Under the pieces are notes generated by a model that saw nothing but the letters and a program-made list of their open reading frames with translations, did not search any database and was not told where the DNA came from. Positions 60,216-64,000 of a stretch of DNA of 64,000 nt are shown piece by piece. The position numbers and the translations under genes are program-made. The DNA is from an uncultured Alphaproteobacteria bacterium. GTDB taxonomy: Bacteria > Pseudomonadota > Alphaproteobacteria > Rhizobiales > CAWCWK01. The DNA is taken from assembly GCA_963842125.1 (NCBI GenBank), contig CAWJFE010000001.1:686351-750350 (forward strand), in the 5' to 3' direction. Each line of letters begins with the position of its first letter. Position 1 is the stretch's first letter.

Positions 60216-60665
60216 ATGTCCCGCGCCCCCATAGAAAGCATCGACGCGGTCATCGGCCAAAGACTGCGTACGCTACGAACCGAGATGAAGGTCAGCCAGA
60301 GCAAGCTCGGCGAGGACGTCGGGATCAGCTTCCAGCAGGTCCAGAAATACGAGCGCGGCGCCAACCGGATCAGCGCCAGTCGGCTCTACAAGATCGCGGA
60401 CGCGCTCAGCGTGAACGTCAACTATTTCTTCAGCGACTTCCTTGGCGAGCCCGAGGCCGCCGGCATGGCGGAGGCGGCCGAGCCCTACCGAGCGCCGCCC
60501 GGCCCGTCGAGCCTCAAGGCGAATGCGGAGGCCGAGGCCTTGCAGGAGGCGTTCTCGCGCATCCGCACGCCAGCCCTGCGCGCCACCGTTCTCGACATGG
60601 CCCGCACGATCGCGGCCAACGAGCGGCGCGACGGCAGCGGCGACGAAGCGACCTCCGACGACTGA
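60216..60665 (+). CDS. XRE-family helix-turn-helix transcriptional regulator
   Basis: IGQRLRTLRTEMKVSQSKLGEDVGISFQQVQKYERGANRISASRLYKIADAL. It occupies the conserved position between lnt and metK. Confidence 0.85.
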   Translation: MSRAPIESIDAVIGQRLRTLRTEMKVSQSKLGEDVGISFQQVQKYERGANRISASRLYKIADALSVNVNYFFSDFLGEPEAAGMAEAAEPYRAPPGPSSLKANAEAEALQEAFSRIRTPALRATVLDMARTIAANERRDGSGDEATSDD

Positions 60666-60965
60666 CGGACGGGGCTGGAGGTAGGCCGAAGGTAGGCCGA
60701 GAGCGGGCCGAGAGCCGGTCGGTGGCCCGACCGCTCGGCCACTTCCCCACCATGCCCTCTCGATATCCCCTATCGACATGACGGGGCGCTGCGGATATTC
60801 GCACCCCTGGCTCGCCGCGGCGACGGGCCGTCCGAGGCTCGGCGTTTCGCTCGCGAGCGCGCCCCTCGTTCCTGCGAAGCGCCCGACGGGACGCTTCGAG
60901 AGCCGCGCTCCGACGGACCGGCAGCGCCTGCGGTCCGCATCTTCCTCGAGGGATCACCCGCGCCA

Positions 60966-62135
60966 ATGTCCGACCGTTCTTCCTACCTCTTCACGTCCGA
61001 GTCCGTCTCCGAGGGTCATCCCGACAAGGTCTGCGACCGGATCTCGGACGCGATCGTCGATGCACATCTGACGAACGACGCGGAAGCCCGCGTCGCCGTC
61101 GAGACGCTGGCGACGACCAACAAGGTCGTGCTGGCCGGCGAGGTGCGTGCCCGCCCGCCCGTCGCCAAGGACGAGATGACCGACATCGCGCGCCGCGCCG
61201 TGCGGGCCATCGGCTACGAGCAGGACGGCTTTCACTGGGAGACGATGGACGTCGATTGCGTCGTCCACGAGCAGTCTGCCGACATCGCGCAGGGCGTCGA
61301 TGCGGCCGGCGACAAGGACGAAGGCGCGGGCGACCAGGGCATCATGTTCGGCTATGCCTGCACCGAGACCGACGTCCTGATGCCGGCGCCGATCCACTAT
61401 TCGCACCGCATTCTCCACGATCTCGCCGACCTGCGCCATGGCGGCGAGACGCGGCTCGGACCCGATTCCAAGAGCCAGATCACGCTGCGCTACGAGGGCG
61501 GGCGCCCGGTCGGCGCGACCTCCGTCGTCGTCTCGACCCAGCACGCCGAAGGGGTGAGCGAGGCGGATGTGCGCGGCCTCGTCGTGCCCGTCATCGAGGC
61601 GGCATTGCCCGAGGGCTGGATGTGCCCGCCCGACCAGCTCTACATCAATCCGACCGGCCGCTTCGTCATCGGCGGACCGGACGGCGACGCGGGCCTGACG
61701 GGGCGCAAGATCATCGTCGACACCTATGGTGGCGCCTCGCCCCATGGCGGCGGCGCGTTCTCGGGCAAGGATCCGACCAAGGTCGACCGCTCGGCCGCCT
61801 ATGCCTGCCGCTACCTCGCCAAGAACGTCGTCGCGGCGGGCCTGGCCTCGCGCTGCACGATCCAGGTGTCCTACGCGATCGGCGTCTCCAGGCCGCTCTC
61901 TCTCTACGTCCACACGCACGGCACCGGGCAGGTGCCGGACGCCGAGTTGGAGCGGGCCGTCGGGCGGGCGATGGACCTCACGCCGCGCGGCATCCGCGAG
62001 ACGCTCAAACTCAACCGGCCGATCTACGAGCGCACCGCCGCCTATGGCCATTTCGGCCGCGAGCCCGACGCCGAGGGCGGCTTCTCCTGGGAGGCGACCG
62101 ACCTCGCCGATGCGATCACCGCCGAGGTTCGCTAG
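60966..62135 (+). CDS. metK: S-adenosylmethionine synthetase
   Basis: [60 protein letters not shown] and [19 protein letters not shown]. Confidence 0.97.
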   Translation: MSDRSSYLFTSESVSEGHPDKVCDRISDAIVDAHLTNDAEARVAVETLATTNKVVLAGEVRARPPVAKDEMTDIARRAVRAIGYEQDGFHWETMDVDCVVHEQSADIAQGVDAAGDKDEGAGDQGIMFGYACTETDVLMPAPIHYSHRILHDLADLRHGGETRLGPDSKSQITLRYEGGRPVGATSVVVSTQHAEGVSEADVRGLVVPVIEAALPEGWMCPPDQLYINPTGRFVIGGPDGDAGLTGRKIIVDTYGGASPHGGGAFSGKDPTKVDRSAAYACRYLAKNVVAAGLASRCTIQVSYAIGVSRPLSLYVHTHGTGQVPDAELERAVGRAMDLTPRGIRETLKLNRPIYERTAAYGHFGREPDAEGGFSWEATDLADAITAEVR

Positions 62136-62138
62136 ACC

Positions 62139-62897
62139 ATGCTGGCCGGAGCCCACGAGACGCAGATGGCAGACGAGGAGCGGACGCAGGACGAGGGCGG
62201 CGAGCGGGCCAAGCCCGGTGACGCCTTCGTGCCGCGCCGCCTCTTCGGGCGCCGCAAGGGCGTGCGCCTCAGCCCGACGCAGGAGCGCCGCACGCGAGCG
62301 GGCCTGGAGCGGCTCTCGCTCGATCTCACCACGCCCGGCCCGGCCGATCCGCAAACCCTTTTCGCCGCGCCCGTCACGGGCCTGCGCATGGAGGTCGGCT
62401 TCGGCGGCGGCGAGCATCTGGCGCACGAACTGGCGCGCGAGCCCGCGATGGGCTTCATCGGCGCCGAGCCCTTCCTCAACGGCATCACCGCGCTCCTCAC
62501 AAAGCTGGAGGAAGAGGCGCGCGACGACGCCCGACTGCGCCTTCATCGGGGCGATGCCGGCGAGGTCATGGACTGGCTGCCGCCCGCCTCGCTCGCTCGC
62601 ATCGACGTCCTCTATCCCGACCCCTGGCCGAAGCTGCGCCACCGTGAGCGCCGCTTCGTGCGGCCGGACAATCTCGCCCGCATGGCCCGCGCGCTCCGGC
62701 CCGGCGGAGAGCTTCGCATCGCCAGCGATGTCGCGGACTACATCGTCTGGGCCCGCCGCCATGCGGATGCCGCTCGAGGGTTCGATCTCGTCAGCCACGA
62801 ACCGACCCCTTGGGCGGATTGGCCGGGCACGCGCTACGAGGCCAAGGCCTATCGGGAGGGCCGCGCGCCCGCCTACCTCATCTACCGGCGGACGTGA
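62139..62897 (+). CDS. trmB: tRNA (guanine46-N7)-methyltransferase
   Basis: MEVGFGGGEHL..GAEPF..LYPDPWPKLRHRERRFV..LRPGGELRIASD. Confidence 0.92.
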   Translation: MLAGAHETQMADEERTQDEGGERAKPGDAFVPRRLFGRRKGVRLSPTQERRTRAGLERLSLDLTTPGPADPQTLFAAPVTGLRMEVGFGGGEHLAHELAREPAMGFIGAEPFLNGITALLTKLEEEARDDARLRLHRGDAGEVMDWLPPASLARIDVLYPDPWPKLRHRERRFVRPDNLARMARALRPGGELRIASDVADYIVWARRHADAARGFDLVSHEPTPWADWPGTRYEAKAYREGRAPAYLIYRRT

Positions 62898-62913
62898 GCC
62901 GGGCGATGCCCGG

Positions 62914-64000
62914 ATGACGCTGATCCTCGTCCTCGCGCCCATCGTCGCCGCGCTGACGACGCTTTTGCTGACGCCTCGCCTCGTCCCCATGCTGCGGCGG
63001 CGGGCGATGGATCGGCCGAACGCCCGATCGAGCCACACCGTGCCGACGCCGCGCGGCGGGGGCATAGCGGTCTGCGCCGGGCTCGCCGTCGGCGCCGGGT
63101 TGGCCGCCGCCGTTATCGCGATGATGGGCGTATCCCTCACGACGCTTGCCGGCGCGGCCTCCATCCTCGTTCTCGCCGCCACGCTCATGGCGCTTTCCTG
63201 GCGAGACGATCGCGCACCGCTTTCCGTCTCGCTCCGCTTCGGTGCGCAGGGGCTGGCCGTCGCCCTGGGCCTCGCCGTGGTGATGGGGTGGCCCGGCGAG
63301 ACGGCCCTCATCGGTCCGGTCGCGGCCCTTCTGAGGCCTCTCGTCACCCCGCTCGGGCTCTCTTCCCTGATGCCGCTCTGGCTCGATCTCGCGATCGCGT
63401 GGCTGGCCTGGATGTGGGTGATGAACGCGACCAATTTCATGGACGGCATCGACGGAATCACGATTGCCGACACCGCCCCCTTCTGCGCCGGCTGGACGGC
63501 CCTTGCCCTCATCGGTTCGGCCAGCGGGGTGATGGCGTTCCGCGCTCCGGCCGCCCTGCCGTCGCACCTGATGGCAAGCCTCGTGATCGCGCCGGCCCTC
63601 GGCGGCGCGGCCCTGGGCTTCGCGCGGGCCAACTGGCCGCCGGCCAAGGTCTTTCTCGGCGATGTCGGCTCGATCCCGATCGGTTACCTCGTCGGCTTCG
63701 GCCTCTTGGTCCTGGCCATGCTGGGGCTCGGACCGGCCGGCCTCATACTTGCCGCCTACCCCCTCGCCGACGCGACGCTGACGCTGCTGAAGCGCTTGGT
63801 GCGCGGCGAGAGGATCTGGCAGCCGCACCGCTCGCACGCCTACCAGCGCGCCGCCGCCACGCGCGGTCACGCGGCCGTCTCCGGCCGGGTCGCGCTGACC
63901 AACATGGCCCTGATAGGACTGGGCGTCCTCGCCATCAACAGCCCCTGGATCGCGCTCGCACCGGCAGCTGTCGTCGTTCTCGCCCTTCTGGTCTGGATGG
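62914..64000 (+). CDS. Glycosyltransferase family 4 (MraY/WecA-like polyprenyl-phosphate sugar-phosphate transferase). The 3' end lies outside the window.
   Basis: Translated by eye from ATG 62914: MTLILVLAPIVAALTTLLLTPRLVPMLRRRAMDRPNARSSHTVPTPRGGG..NATNFMDGIDG..VFLGDVGSIPIGY. The frame is open to the window end. Confidence 0.8.
   Translation, partial: MTLILVLAPIVAALTTLLLTPRLVPMLRRRAMDRPNARSSHTVPTPRGGGIAVCAGLAVGAGLAAAVIAMMGVSLTTLAGAASILVLAATLMALSWRDDRAPLSVSLRFGAQGLAVALGLAVVMGWPGETALIGPVAALLRPLVTPLGLSSLMPLWLDLAIAWLAWMWVMNATNFMDGIDGITIADTAPFCAGWTALALIGSASGVMAFRAPAALPSHLMASLVIAPALGGAALGFARANWPPAKVFLGDVGSIPIGYLVGFGLLVLAMLGLGPAGLILAAYPLADATLTLLKRLVRGERIWQPHRSHAYQRAAATRGHAAVSGRVALTNMALIGLGVLAINSPWIALAPAAVVVLALLVWM

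Noticed and set aside
60666-60965. A SAM-responsive riboswitch (SAM-II or SAM-SAH) in the 300-nt metK leader.
   Set aside because: No segment matched what I remember of either consensus. I see only generic GC hairpins and an 11-nt duplication. A covariance-model scan would be needed, so I make no claim.
60954-63647. Very long antisense ORFs: 60954..63647(-), 23713..26388(-), 30713..33079(-), 49775..52069(-), 14490..16031(-), 43796..45334(-), 5479..7203(-) upstream part, and many 100-400 aa ORFs overlapping known genes.
   Set aside because: They lie opposite or out of frame to genes with unmistakable homologues. They translate to Arg/Gly/Ala/Pro-rich low-complexity sequence. Such ORFs are the expected stop-codon-poor shadow frames of very GC-rich DNA.

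Overview
Very GC-rich chromosomal segment (GC not computed). Gene order looks alphaproteobacterial and Rhizobiales-like. I support about 60 protein genes. I recognised no rRNA, tRNA, CRISPR, transposase, integrase or prophage genes.

Conserved blocks, in order:
- cioA-cioB-DUF2474
- cpdB, then rpmG
- zur-DUF3299-NicO-like
- phaA/phaR
- secB, fxsA, tim44-like, mltA, smr
- irr/fabA-fabB
- DUF2628-hisH-hisA-hisF, then hisE-coaA
- pnp
- cobM-rnhB-ccrM, then murJ
- maf-aroE-coaE
- otsB-otsA
- ptsN-(hpf)-rpoN-lptB-lptA-lptC
- rnd, then lnt-xre-metK-trmB, then a partial GT4 transferase

Main observations worth a second look:
1. Two perfect GGAAC-N16/17-CGTT (EcfG-type general stress) promoter motifs bracket a cluster of uncharacterised membrane and stress proteins at 41.3-46.4 kb. 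The cluster holds a 24-aa peptide, an anchored Ala-rich protein, a Holin-X-like protein, a DUF3618 protein and YihY.
2. A perfect sigma-54 promoter (TGGCAC-N5-TTGCA) sits in front of an orphan 106-aa ORF at 15.4-15.9 kb.
3. A convergent pair of a gamma-class N6-adenine methyltransferase and a putative PD-(D/E)XK nuclease lies between rpmG and zur.
4. A dispersed family of 23-26 bp tandem arrays shares the core CTCRCGCCGRCGGGCTG. One array is carried in frame inside the coaA 5' region.
5. Many other short tandem duplications occur. All intragenic ones have periods divisible by 3.
6. Single-base frameshifts interrupt at least seven otherwise well-conserved genes: the flagellin-like gene, cydB, hisA, otsB (x5), hpf and rpoN. 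Most fall at short homopolymers, so I suspect assembly indel errors rather than biology.

All functional calls come from reading the translations against remembered family signatures. No database search was run.
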